Below, piece after piece: positions 27,601-39,855 of a stretch of 64,000 nucleotides of DNA. Each line of letters starts with the position of its first letter. Position 1 is the first letter of the stretch. The notes below the pieces were generated by a model. That model had not been told where the DNA came from and made no database searches. It saw nothing but the letters and a program-made list of their open reading frames with translations. The translations under genes were made by a program, and so were the position numbers. This DNA comes from Eledone cirrhosa (taxonomy: Eukaryota): positions 89,032,001 to 89,096,000 of the forward strand of contig OZ024745.1 in the NCBI GenBank assembly GCA_964016885.1, given 5' to 3'.

Positions 27601-28290
27601 AATTCATCTACCACTAAATTTAGGATGTCAACCGAATCTTGTCCTAGCCCGTCAGCATTCATCTCCTCAGTGGCCGTATCTCTGTTCCAGGTATTATTTA
27701 TCTCAGTATTCAGATCATTGTCTGCTTCGGGTGGTTCCTCCGTTCTCAGGACCTCTTCACCTTCATTTCCCACTGGCTCGCTTGTCTGGCATACTACACC
27801 CGCCATCTCCAAGCCATTCTCTCTGCTCAGTTCCTCCAGTTCCAGCTCGCTTATCCACCCATTAGTTCTTATTACCCGAGCCTGCCCGGCCAATTTTTGT
27901 TCATCTAATTTAAATAAACCAATCTCGTTCCAGATGTTATGCATCCGTCTCCTGTAGCCCCTCTCCTTGGGGTTACTTTTCAGGTAACATTGCATAGCAG
28001 TTCTATTCAATTCTTTCGTCCAGTTGGTTCTGGCCCCTTTCCTTCTTCTCCTTCCTCCAACATCAGCAGTATTTGGTTGACAGTCAGGTTCCTGCTGCTG
28101 AGCCAGGGGGCACCTGTTGGGTGAGAGTCTGTCACATGACGTTCTAGTCTCCATTTCACCGTTATTCGAACTGTTTATGTTCGATATTTAAACACTCTTA
28201 TCGAGGATTGGCGAATGTATGGTTACATAGCCATCTGTGGATCCGCCATTCCACTTGGCCCTTGTGTGGCATTATCACCACGCTGTATAC
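24688..28290 (-). mobile_element. R4/Dong-clade non-LTR retrotransposon (RT plus restriction-like endonuclease)
   Basis: Single ORF, no APE domain; 3' end abuts (TAA/CAA)n on its sense strand; Dong-type elements are established TAA-repeat targeters. Confidence 0.88.
24762..28154 (-). CDS. R4/Dong polyprotein; 1057 aa open, then one in-frame TAG (24981-24983) before the last ~70 aa
   Basis: N-terminal WTKELN..YRRRMHNIW domain; KSPGPDG, YRPITCL, IDYRKAFDMVPH, GIFQGDSLSP, LFMDDLKL; CRICGEREETVAHIVSEC; RHD; RPDLVVVD..IVDVACP (PD..D RLE); in-frame continuation YQDLKWE..VIPIVIGALG. Confidence 0.88.
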
Positions 28291-28329
28291 TAACACACAT
28301 AAACAAACAAACACACAGGCAGAAAGGGC

Positions 28330-29212
28330 CCCCAAAATGAATAAGCATAAGTTTCATCGTAATGTAGTGTTCGAATGTCTGACTTAGTTTTTGTTTTTTA
28401 AGTTTTAGTTTTCCCCCCTCTTCTCTGTCCGTCCGCCTGCTTCTCTCTTCATTCTTATTTTCTTTACGTTTTTGGGTTTTTTTTTGTTTTTTTTGTTTTT
28501 CTCTGTTTGTTTTTCTCGTTTTTTGCTGTTGTTGCTGTGCTGCTTTGGTTTTGTTGTTGTTTTTTCTTTTTTCTTTTGAGTCTATCTATATATTTTGATG
28601 CCTTCCTCTTTTTTAGCAGTAGGGATTCTATAATGTGGTGGCAGCAGCCAGCTGAGAGAAGTGGGTGACTGGCGGCGGTAGCGATACTGAGACAGTGGTG
28701 GTGGTGATGTCGATACCGAGGCAGTGGTGGCGGTGATGTGACCGTATTACTGTAGTGATGGTGCTGTGGCGTTGGTAGCAGTGAAGGAGTGAAGGGGTGG
28801 TGGCGGCGGTGATGGGATAATGGTGGTAATGATGGCCGTAGTGAGCGGTGGTGGTGAAAATGCCGTTATCTGGCTGTTGTGTTTAGTGTACACAGGTGAT
28901 GGGGTGGGTGGTGTATCTAGTTTCTGGTGTTGGTGAGTTTGGCTGTTCTATATAGTGTAGACAGAGGAGAGGGGGTGTTCTTCTTCCATTTATAGCCATT
29001 TTCTTTTTTGGATATACAGTGTACAATACAAAGTTGAATATTTGAATGTTTGAGCCTTATAACAATATATTTTGGGTCCGAATTTTTTGGGGCTCAAGCC
29101 GTGTGCTTTACGTAGCATTTGTACTAAGAGTTGTTATTTCACAAATGATTTAAATATGTTAAAAATTCAAAACTTACGGGAGCGATTTCATGACCTCCGT
29201 CACCTCGTGCGT
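28330..29212 (-). other. Tx1-like 5' leader plus degenerate ORF1-like low-complexity region upstream of the Dong element
   Basis: 213-nt leader, A-run before ATG at 28999 (MAINGRRTPPLLCLHY, compare copy 3 MAEPRPPATCLLSY), TCGCTCCCGTAAGT shared with copy 2/3 leaders, then T/P-rich and A-rich tracts. Confidence 0.55.
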
Positions 29213-29234
29213 CTTCTTCTTCTTCTTCTTCTTC

Positions 29235-29273
<39 letters not shown>

Positions 29274-29276
29274 TTA
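29213..29276. repeat. (CTT)n(ATT)n microsatellite
   Basis: Seen directly. Confidence 0.95.
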
Positions 29277-29280
29277 AATG

Positions 29281-29548
29281 TCGGTGGATTGAAAGTATCG
29301 GTAGAGGGTCGGATGCCATGCTTTGACGTATAGAGTTACGGCCCTTGCCATTCTGAGTTCAAATCCCGCAGTATCGGTGGAGGGTCGGACGCCATGCTTT
29401 CCAGCATAGTTACGTCTCTTTACGATCTGAGTTCAAATCCCGCCGAGGTTGACTTTGCCTTTCATCCTTACGGGGTCGATAAAATAAAGTACCAGTAATG
29501 CACTGAGTATTTGCTGGCCTTGTGCCTAAAGTACAAACAATTATTATT
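29281..29548 (+). mobile_element. SINE with a duplicated tRNA head (two subfamilies joined)
   Basis: Head to B-box 29281-29368, then a second head and complete body to the ATT tail. Confidence 0.88.
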
Positions 29549-29834
29549 TTTTTTTTTTCTTTCTTTTGCCTTTGTCATGACAATATATATTGAAAAGATA
29601 TATCGTACTGTCTTGAAATTATTCTCAAGAAGCCAATTTTTTTAATGATGACAGGAATATTTGAAAGAAATCGATAAATTGTAAGAATCTATATTATATA
29701 ATCAAGGAATGACCTCCTTTCTTAATACAACCCAACTAATCCACCTTTAGAATATCTACATGTCATTTTCCTTCACGATAATGTAATGTCACCTACATAT
29801 AGATATCTACACCACATTCTAATGTTTTTAGCCA

Positions 29835-30195
29835 TCTTCTCTTTCTTTCTTTCTATCTCTCCTCTTCTTTCTCCTTATCTTTCTTTCGTTTTCTTTCTCG
29901 CTCTCATTATTTGTGCCTAAAGTAGAAACAATTATTTCTCTTTCTTTCTCTCACTCTTTCTCTTTCTTTCTTCCTTTCTATCTCCTTCTTTCTCCCTTTT
30001 TCTCTCCTTCTTTCTCCCTCTCTTTATTTCTCCTTCTTTCTTTCACTTTTTCTCTCTTCTTCTTTCTCTTGATTTCTCTTTCTCTCTCTCACTATTTCTC
30101 GTTCTTTCTCCCTTTCTTTCTCCCTCTATCTCACTTTCTTTCTGTCAAGCTTTTTCTTACTTTCTCCCTTTCTCTCTCCTTCTTTCTCCCTCATT

Positions 30196-30266
<71 letters not shown>

Positions 30267-30360
30267 TCTCTCTCTCCCTCTCTTTCTCGTCCTTTCTCCC
30301 TCTATTTATTTCTCTTACTTTCTCCCTTTCTCCCGCTCTTTATTTCTCAGTCCCTCCCTC
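29835..30360. repeat. Polypyrimidine/(TC)n low-complexity tract
   Basis: Seen directly; contains a SINE tail fragment at ~29911-29936. Confidence 0.9.
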
Positions 30361-31249
30361 ATGTTCTCTTTCACTGCATATTTGATGATACGTTGAGAGG
30401 CTTACATGATTCATGTTATGAATTTGATTATAAAAATCTACAAGAAACAACTGACAAAATATATAGAATGCTATGTGATTAGATATTTCATCCGAAATGA
30501 ATTTAAACAGAAAGATTATAATTTTCAATGAATTTAAATTCTGTTGTAAACATTGGGATTAACTTGTCATTTTGAAGAGAATTGCAACCAAGAAATTTAT
30601 TTAGGTAACTTATATAGCTATGGCCAACTCAGAAATACTAAAGGAACTGCTAAAGTTTACTGATTATTCCCATAGGCTCAGTGTATAAAACTTATTAAGG
30701 AACTGCACTGGAATTGTGGGAATTTAATGCTCTTACCAAAGAAAATATACATATGATTATAATCGGAAACCAAAACCCCTGAAAAATTATCTAGGTTCAA
30801 CCAAACGAAAAAGCAGGAACTATATGATTGCTTAAATTCCTAGAAATAGTAGCCAACTCTTTCTCAAATTATAAATTACGGTCTTGAAAAAAAAGATGCT
30901 TTGGATAATGTAGTGTTCGATATATTATGCATGATAAGATTAGGATGCTTGACCAGAGATGACGTTAAACTAAAAAAACAACGACCGACAACTCATAGGA
31001 ATTTTTAGACTCTGCCCAATGCGGAACCATTGATGTCTGAATTACAAACACAGAATATTTAAGAAAATTAACAAAATTGATGATTAATAACCCGCGGTTA
31101 AGTGAAACAAACAGTTAATAGGGAGAGCCTGAGTCTGCCTGGCTTGTTGTCGATAGGACACGTTTATATAATTTACTACTATAAGGTTCTGTAGCACAAG
31201 TACACTGAAGTAGGTGCTGAAAGGATTCAGTCTTCTTTTTCTCCTTCAC

Positions 31250-31602
31250 CCACTTATTCCTGAGAGGGTCATGTGGCAGACTTCTCAAACACCTGCAGAA
31301 GGGGGCCTGTCAGAAGTAACCGTCTCCAACTGATCCGACTGGATCTCCAAGCAAGATCAACCGAGCTCATAGATATTATCCAACCGTCTTGCTCGGTGTC
31401 GACGCCTGAGTCTCCAGCTGGTTGCTTTGCCTATAAAATATGTCCAGTGATGCTTTCCTGAGACATACTAGCAACATGTCGATAGTATCGGAGCTGTGAT
31501 ATCTCAATTTGGAGAATTATCGGCTCTACTTGGAATGACAGTCTGATATCCGAGCTACGTATTATATCAAGTAACGTTACTCCAAATACCTTTCGGAGGA
31601 TT
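31250..31602 (-). mobile_element. RTE-type LINE 3' fragment
   Basis: Translates LRKVFGVTLLDIIRSSDIRLSFQVEPIILQIEISQLRYYRHVASM, matching the RTE C-terminal pattern. Confidence 0.65.
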
Positions 31603-31806
31603 CAGTGCTAAGTTTAAATCTTCGTGTAAGTAGGCTTGGAGGAGGTAGGCAAACATGAATCACTGCAGTCTATTCTTTCTTGCTAACTTTAAACTTTTCT
31701 TGAAAGGATATTCAGCATATCTCTTTTGATTTCATGATAGAATTATGAGAATGAAAAATATAAAGCTGAAATATTCTTCAATAAATGAGATTCTTTATAA
31801 AATTTA

Positions 31807-31877
<71 letters not shown>

Positions 31878-32059
31878 TATATATATACCCCACTCTCAAG
31901 CGTCAACCCAATACTAACACTTTGTACTGCACTCTTCGTTATTGTATATGTTTTCTGTTTTAACTTATATATATACCAGCAGAGGTACCCGGCGCTGCCC
32001 GGTATAACTCTCAATGGAGTAGTCGTTCTAATGAACCGAAAGACTTCTGTTAAACACGA

Positions 32060-32391
32060 CTATAGAAGTAACAATTTATAAGTGTTGGCCCTAAAGATGT
32101 CCTTTGAATGTTCACTTTGAAATATCTCTGCGGCGGTGCTGCCAGCAAGACGAATCCGATGGTAACAATATAAAGTTGGTGGCCCTAAAGAGAGCCTTGG
32201 ATCGTTTACTCTTAAAAGTCTCAGCGACGGTGCTGCCAGCAAAGACGAATCCAGCGATAACAAGTCATAGTTGGTGGCCCTGAAGAGGACCTTTTAACGT
32301 TCGCTTTGAAATATCTCAGCGGCGCTTCTGTCAGCAAAGATGAATCCGATGGTAACAATTTAAACTTGGTGGCCTTGAAGAAGGCCTTGGA
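32060..32391. repeat. Degenerate ~90-bp tandem repeat inside the Helitron 3' region, resuming at 33541-33620
   Basis: Recurrent GTTGGTGGCCCT..AG..GCCTTGGA..TCTCAGCGGC..CAGCAAAGACGAATCC units. Confidence 0.75.
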
Positions 32392-33540
32392 ACTCAGACT
32401 CAGAAGCTCCCGCGTCTTGCGACGCATGAGGCAATCATAGTGTTCCACCGCGTTCGGTCAGCAGCCAGTTGCACAGCGTATCGCCATTGTCTGTTTGTCG
32501 CTCGCAGGTCCCTCTCAACTGTCTGGCGCCAGTTCATTTTGGGTCGCCCTCTCCGTCTGCTACCCTGTGGGTTCCATTTAAGTACTTGGTTTGCCAGTCT
32601 CTCCGGGGGAAGTCTCAAAGCGTGCCCAAACCCGCCCAGGTGTCGCTTGCAGATGGCAGAAGAGACTAGCTGCTGGTTGGTGCGGTTCCTGACTTCCTGG
32701 TTTGTTGCATGGTCACTCCATTTAATCCCCAGGATCTTTCGCAGACACCTGGAATCGAATGCGTCCAACTTCTTCTCTTGGCTGGCCTTAAGGTGCCATG
32801 TTTCACTTCCGTACAAGAGTGTGGACAGCATGTTGCTGTTGTAGAATCTCATCTTTGTTTTGAGGGTGAACTTCCTGCTCTTCCAGATCTTGACAAGCTG
32901 GTTAAATGCTGCTGAAGCCTTTCCTATTCTACATTGCAATTCACTGTCCATGGCGCCCCCATTGTCAATGGAGCTTCCTCGGTAGGTGAAGTTGTCCACT
33001 ATCTCCACCTCCCCCTGTTCAATGAAAACACTAGTTGGTGATGGGTGTGTCCCAGATAACATGCTTTTGGTCTTCTTAGCACTGATATTGAGACCTAAGC
33101 TTCCTGCTTCGACATTGATATTGTTCATAATGATTTGCAGGTCAGCTGTGCTCTCTGCAAGTGCAACAATATCATCCGCAAAGTCCAGGTCAGACAACTT
33201 TTGCTCTTCCACCCAAGATATACCCTGGTCTTTAGACGCTCTTCTTAGTACCCCTCTTCTTAGCACCCAGTAACCACCTCAAACCAGTCACTCTAACCAT
33301 CCTCTGTCCGTATGCAGCACTTGGAGTTTGCGTAAATCTGTTTGATTGCCGAAATGACTTTCTGAGGCAGACCATACTTATGCATGATGCTCCAGAGTGA
33401 CGGTCGATGAATGCTATTGAATGCTTTGGTGAAATCGATGAAACTGACGGCGAGGGGGCCTCTGGAATTCGTTGTACCTCTCAATGATGCGGCGTGACGT
33501 AAAGATCTGCTCTGCACAGGAACGTTTTGGTCGGAACCCT
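32392..33540 (-). mobile_element. 5'-truncated RTE LINE nested in the Helitron
   Basis: GFRPKRSC, FIDFTKAFNSIHR, DLDFADDI, LLYGSETW, GSRRRGRP; (GTCTGA) tail; 8-bp TSD GCCTTGGA at 32384-32391 and 33541-33548. Confidence 0.88.
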
Positions 33541-35651
33541 GCCTTGGATCGTTCACTCTTAAAAGTCTCAGCGGCAGAGCTGTCAGCAAAGACGACTCCG
33601 ATTAGAGGTGGTGGCCCTTAAGAAGTCCTTCACACCACTTTCGTGTGTCGTATTTGCTTTGCTTGTTATTTGAGATTGTAACCTAGAAAAGCATGTAACA
33701 GACGGTGGCCACAAAAACGGCCTTGACAAGATCACGCTGGAATGTCAAAAAAATATGTAAATAAGATGTAGGGAAAAGTAGATTAATTAAGTTAAAATTA
33801 CGGAACATCGATAGCAGAGCTTAATAGCAACATATAAATGCGGAAAACCGAGACATTGAACATTTGTAACGTATAGGAAAAGCAACCTCATAGGCGTACG
33901 TGGTATTCTCAAAAGGACAAACATAATACATGGATACAGCAAATGTAAACACTTATACAAAATTAAAAAACAGCGATTACTTGTTGGCGGATAGAGTGCC
34001 TACAAAATTTCGTTATAGACTATATTTTGGGTTTTCTCGCGAGTTGCAACAGCAAATAGGTTATGTCGGCTCCCCACTCGAGAGCAGCCAACATATAGTT
34101 GACCATGGGAGAAGAACGGTTCTTCCAAATTAAGCCCTACGGCCATCAGCGTCTGACACTATTATTTGTTAATCGACATGGCAAAACTGAGCCGCAGAGG
34201 GAATTGCAGCCTTCTGAACGTGAAAAGAATGTCTTTACCGGAAGGAATGAGAGGTATCCTTGGTATGAAGACAGTATCCTCCTTACCACATCCTGTAAGT
34301 GTTGTTGCCTCAATAACATGAGGCATCGCCTTTTGGACGACCAGACGCGGGGTTCCAAATTCCTGAGGAGCATGACAGCGGACCTTTCGTAAGTCGCAGT
34401 AAGTGTGGTAGCAATCCGGGAGGGTCTAGGGAGTTAAGAAATTATGTAGGGTAATTAGCAACTTCGTCCGGATCAGCCATAGAGTCACGGGACTTGTAGA
34501 CATGCAGGTTTCCAGGCAAGCACAGCATGAGCTGTTCATTGATGTTTCCAACTATGAGGTTTTCCGAAGCCAATATTGCGCGTTGACACAACCACTCTTG
34601 ATTTGTGTAGTTCTCCTCAAGATTAGGAAAAACAGACGTCCGTAACTCAGTAATTGACTTAACGCATCTGAAAATTCCTGAGGGCCGCTGCACCATCTCC
34701 GTCGAGTGGGACTTTGCCATCTCCCAACGACAAAATGGCAGCAGCAAAACCCGCTGATGTCTCATCACTTTGCAATTGTGCTCTCGTGTTTGTTGTAAGC
34801 GTCAGCTTTCTTACATAACGCCAAAGTGGGGAGGCCTTAAGTCATGCACCAACCTCATCAGCCCGCGTACCTTTTGAGATTACAGGCAGAGTCTGTCGGA
34901 AGTTCCCAGATAACAGGAAAGTGACACCTCCCATTGGTCTTGACAGTCCCCGATGTCTCTGAGGAATGCCGAAATGATATCCGTCCTCGCCGTTGACAAA
35001 TAGCAGTGGATACTGGAGTGTATCGTAGGACCTGGGTGTCACATTGATACGCTGTAAGGTGCGGTCTCGGTGTTTTAGAATTATATCTCCCTTGTGCTGT
35101 TCACCACAAATAATCGCAGCAATCGCATTACATGTTGGTGCGTTGAACCGACCAGCGTGTTCTCCAGATGGCCTTCGGTCAGCATGTATGACCACACTAA
35201 AGTTTGGTTCAGTGGCTGTTTCCAAAGCGTACTCGAACCTGCGAACATAGCTGTTTTTGTCATGAAGCATTTCTTAAAGTTTTATTATGGTTTCAATGTT
35301 AGTTTCGGACGAAATAGAGTTTCAGCATCTCTGCTTGCAGCTGATAGTTTCCAACGAAGTATAACTGAAGACATTGAGGATCCTTTTCTGCCAGGGACAA
35401 GAACGGAGGTATTTCACCTACGCTGTCAAATCTCCCTTCACGAAAATCGTCTGTCTACTAATTTCTCACAAGGCTTTCCCGCCTGGCTGAGTGATTATTA
35501 CTACTGCTAAAACAATAAAGTATACTAATACGCACACACGCACACATAGTAAGTTCACACTGTTTGCATTTTTACACGCACCATTTCTGTTTGTCAGATT
35601 GTATCTTTCAGATACAATACAATTATATTATAATCGTATTCTGTGATACTT

Positions 35652-35688
35652 GTATTTTCGTGGCTCTTCGAGCCACGTAAATACTAGT
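35652..35688 (+). other. Helitron-like 3' terminus (hairpin plus CTAG|T)
   Basis: GTATTTTCGTGGCTC-TTC-GAGCCACGTAAATAC overlapping CTAGT. Confidence 0.55.
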
Positions 35689-35760
35689 TTACGAATATTT
35701 CATGCTATACTTTTTATCATTCAATATTCAAATTGAATATTGTTATAATAAAATAAACAT

Positions 35761-38700
35761 TGTAACAGCACAATCCTGGTTTTATTCTTTGCATTGAAAC
35801 CATCATACCAACAATTCCATCTATTCACTTATTCGTTACAACTGGTAACTCCGAGAAAAAGACATACAACCTTCTGATTATTCACTACAAACGATGTCTC
35901 TAGCACACAACGATTCGTCTACGGCAGAAATGGCAGTCCGGGCGGCGTTTACATTAAGAAAACCACCATTCTAGGTGCACGATCCAACACTGTGATTCGC
36001 GCACATCGAAGCGCAGTTCGCATCGAAACAGATCGTTAGCGACACATCCCGTCTCACACATGTCATTGGTTCGATGTCTCCGGGGATTATAAATGCGGAT
36101 CGAGACCTCATTTTAGCACCACCTGGTTCTGTGTCATATGACACATTTAAAACGACGTTAATTAAGAGGACGTCGGAGTCACAGCAGAAGCGCTTGCCCC
36201 AGCTCCTCATATCGGAGGAATTAGGAGATACTAAGCCGACGCATCTTCTACGGCCAATGAAGCATCTCCTGGGAGAACATAAACTCCCGGATGAAATTTT
36301 CAAGCAACTCTTCCTCCAGCATTTGCCTTCTGCCACACAAGTTGTCTTAGCCTCCACCAGGGAGTCCACCTCCATTGAAGAACTCACCGATCTGGCAGAT
36401 AAGATCATGAAGGTACCACATCGGCACGCGACTTTAGCGAATGTGACGCCAGCCGTGCCTTCCACCAATCCTTTCCTTCAGCCTTCCAGTGCCACAAAGA
36501 TGCCCGATCTACACCAGTTACTGGCACAGCAAGCAACTAAGATACAGGCCTTGACGCAACAAATTCAGGCCTTGTCACTGGGTAACCCTGCCACGCGTCG
36601 GTCTAACAGTCGAACCCGACGATTCGGTAGTCGCTCAAGAAGTCCGAGCGTATTCCGTGATTCACCAGAAATGTGTTGGTACCACCAAAAATTTGGAAGA
36701 CGGGCGCGCAAATGTAGCCATCCCTGTTCATTTGTGTCGATGTCGAATCAGGGAAACGACAGGGTCAGAAAACTGAATGCGACGGAGTTTTCTGGCCCTC
36801 GTAATGATAGTCGCCTATTTTCCATTCAGGATCGCGTCACAGGTACGAGTTTCCTGGTCGACACCGGTGCTGAAGTCATCGTAATCCCGGTTTCCTGCGT
36901 TCCTGGAAAAAGGAAAGAAACACTAGCATGGCTCCATGTGGTGAATCATTCACATCCTCCGACTTACGGAGAGCAGTCCCTGACACTAAATTTAGGATTA
37001 CGCTGCACTTTTTAGTGGGTATTCGTTGTGGCTAAGCTGCCGACCCCTATTTTAGGAGCTGATTTTCTTCAGCACTTCTGACTGCTAGGGGACCTGAAAA
37101 ACCAACGACTCATTGACAACTCCACCAGTTTCGCTGTGCGCGGCATAGCCAGTCGGACAGCCACAGTCAGTCCAGTCAGTTCACGATCGGCAACAACAAC
37201 CCGGCACAACCATATAATCAACAAATACCCAGACGTAGCTCGACCAGTATTCAACGTCTGCCCTGTAAAACATGACGTCACCCACAACATAAAAAAAACA
37301 CGGCCCACCTGTCATTGCACGACCTAGAAGGCTACCACCAGACCATCAGAAGTCCGTCAGACAAGAATTTCAACACATGCTGGATCTCAGCATCAAACGT
37401 CTGTCCAGCAGCAACTGGTCCTCAACCATACATTGTGTACCCAAGAAGTCGTCTACGACTGACGAATCTGTGGCGACTACGGTGCACTGAACAACTGCAC
37501 CGTTCCTGACCCTTATCCAGTGCCTCATCTACAGGACTTCTCTAGTTCGCTGCACGGAGCTCGCATATTTTCGAAGATCGATCTTGTGCGAGCTTACAAT
37601 CAGATACCTGTGGAGCCCGCTGATATTCCGAAGTCCGCCGTCAAAACACCCTTTGGAATGTTCGAATTCCTGCGTATGTCTTTCTGTTTGCGTAATGCAG
37701 CACAGACATTCCAACGATTCATCGATACAGTTACCAGAGGTCTACCTTTTGTATACGCATACCTTGACGACTTACTGGTGGCCAGCGGCTCCGATGAAGA
37801 ACATGAAAGGCACCTGGACCTGCTATTCGAACGTTTGCATGAATACGGAATTGTTATCAACTCCATCAAATGTGAGTTCGGAGTTGCGTCCCTTCATTTT
37901 CTGGGACACATCATTGACAAAGATGGCATTCGCCCACTTAAGGAGAAGGTCAAATCCATCATTCGTTTTCCACAGCCCACATCTCTCGCAAACTGCGAGA
38001 ATTTCTTGGCCTGGTAAACTTCTACAGAAGATTTATACCCCACTGTGCAGAGACCGCCCAACCGCTCACAGATTTGCTGCGGCAGCGTACAACCAAAAAC
38101 GTAAACATCAATCTCAGCGAAAAAGAATGTACCGCTTTCGCTGAGTTGAAGAATGTGTTTTCCGAGGCTACAATGCTGAGTTACCCCAAACCTGACGCCC
38201 CAATGTGTTTATTGACTGATGCATCCGATTTCGGAGTTGGAGGTGTGCTTAAATAACTCTCTGGCGATATTTGGCGACCTGTATCTTTTTTCTGTAAGCG
38301 ACTAAAACCCGCCGAATCTAAGTACAGCACATTCAGTCGTGAATAATTGGCAGCATACCTTGCTGTCAAGCATTTTCGACACATGCTAGAAGGTCGTGTG
38401 TTCTCTATATACACCGACCACAAACCACTAGTGTACACGTTGAACGCCAAACCTGATCGCCACTCACCCTGGGTGGTCGGACATCTGGACTACATTTCTC
38501 AGTACACTACTGATATTCGGTACATTAAGGGTGCCACCAACTCAGCAGCTGATGCTCTGTCGTGCATGGAGCTTAACGCAATCCACACCAATGCCACTAT
38601 CGATCTCCAGAAGATTGCAGCGGATTAACAGGATTACGAGGAACTGCTACAGCTCAAGAAATCATCCTGGAAAGTGCAGGAATGCCCGCTGCCCTCTTCT

Positions 38701-38960
38701 TCAGGTTATATTTGGAGCGACATCGCCACAAAGCGTCCATATGTGTCCCGGAAACATCGACGCGACATTTTCTCGGCACTGCATTCTCTGGCACATCCTG
38801 GCGTCCGCGCCACGCAGAAACTGATGGTTGCCGCTTTGTGTGGCCCAACATCAACAAGAACACCCGCGAATGGGCTAGGAACTATATCGCGTGCCAGAAG
38901 GCGAAAATTCACCGGCACATCAAAGCCCCGATCGGTTCTTTCGCAACACCTGATGCTTAG
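35761..38960 (+). mobile_element. Ty3/Gypsy LTR retrotransposon, decayed, truncated at the integrase Zn domain
   Basis: LTR end GTTACA 35840 then PBS-like TGGTAACTCCGA; gag with CWYHQKFGRRARKCSHPC; protease FLVDTGAE; [19 protein letters not shown]; RNase H TDASD, TDHKPL; HHCC start HSLAHPG; no 3' LTR; 5' LTR start uncertain. Confidence 0.88.
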
Positions 38961-39164
38961 CCTATTCCCCCCCTTTTGGAACTTTCCCCCGTTGATGGGC
39001 GTAAGCCCGAAATATTGGGATTACATCTCCACTACGGTAACCCTTCTACCTTTGTTTTGTTTTCATTTTCGTTTCTCTCAATTTTCACTTTTCTCCTATT
39101 TCTCACTCACTTCCTACCTCGAGATTTCCCATCTGCATTGTTGTGGCTTTCTAAACTACATATT

Positions 39165-39855
<691 letters not shown>

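Larger units (their letters stand above)
31976..35450 (-). mobile_element. Internally deleted Helitron (Rep and Pif1 helicase remnants); 5' end not located
   Basis: 3' hairpin CCGGGCAGCGCCGGG followed by CTGG|T at 31976; Rep-region HAGRFNAPT..YDTLQYPLLF; helicase GNFRQTLPV, RAILA, MLLRNL, FSHGQLYVGCSRVG. Confidence 0.85.

Noticed and set aside
28150-28340. HDV-like ribozyme at the Dong 5' end (GGCCCTT/AAGGGCC as P1)
   Set aside because: No L3/P1.1 or correctly placed J4/2 and P2 could be fitted
29913-30482. 189-aa hydrophobic ORF
   Set aside because: Starts in a SINE tail and reads through a (TC)n tract
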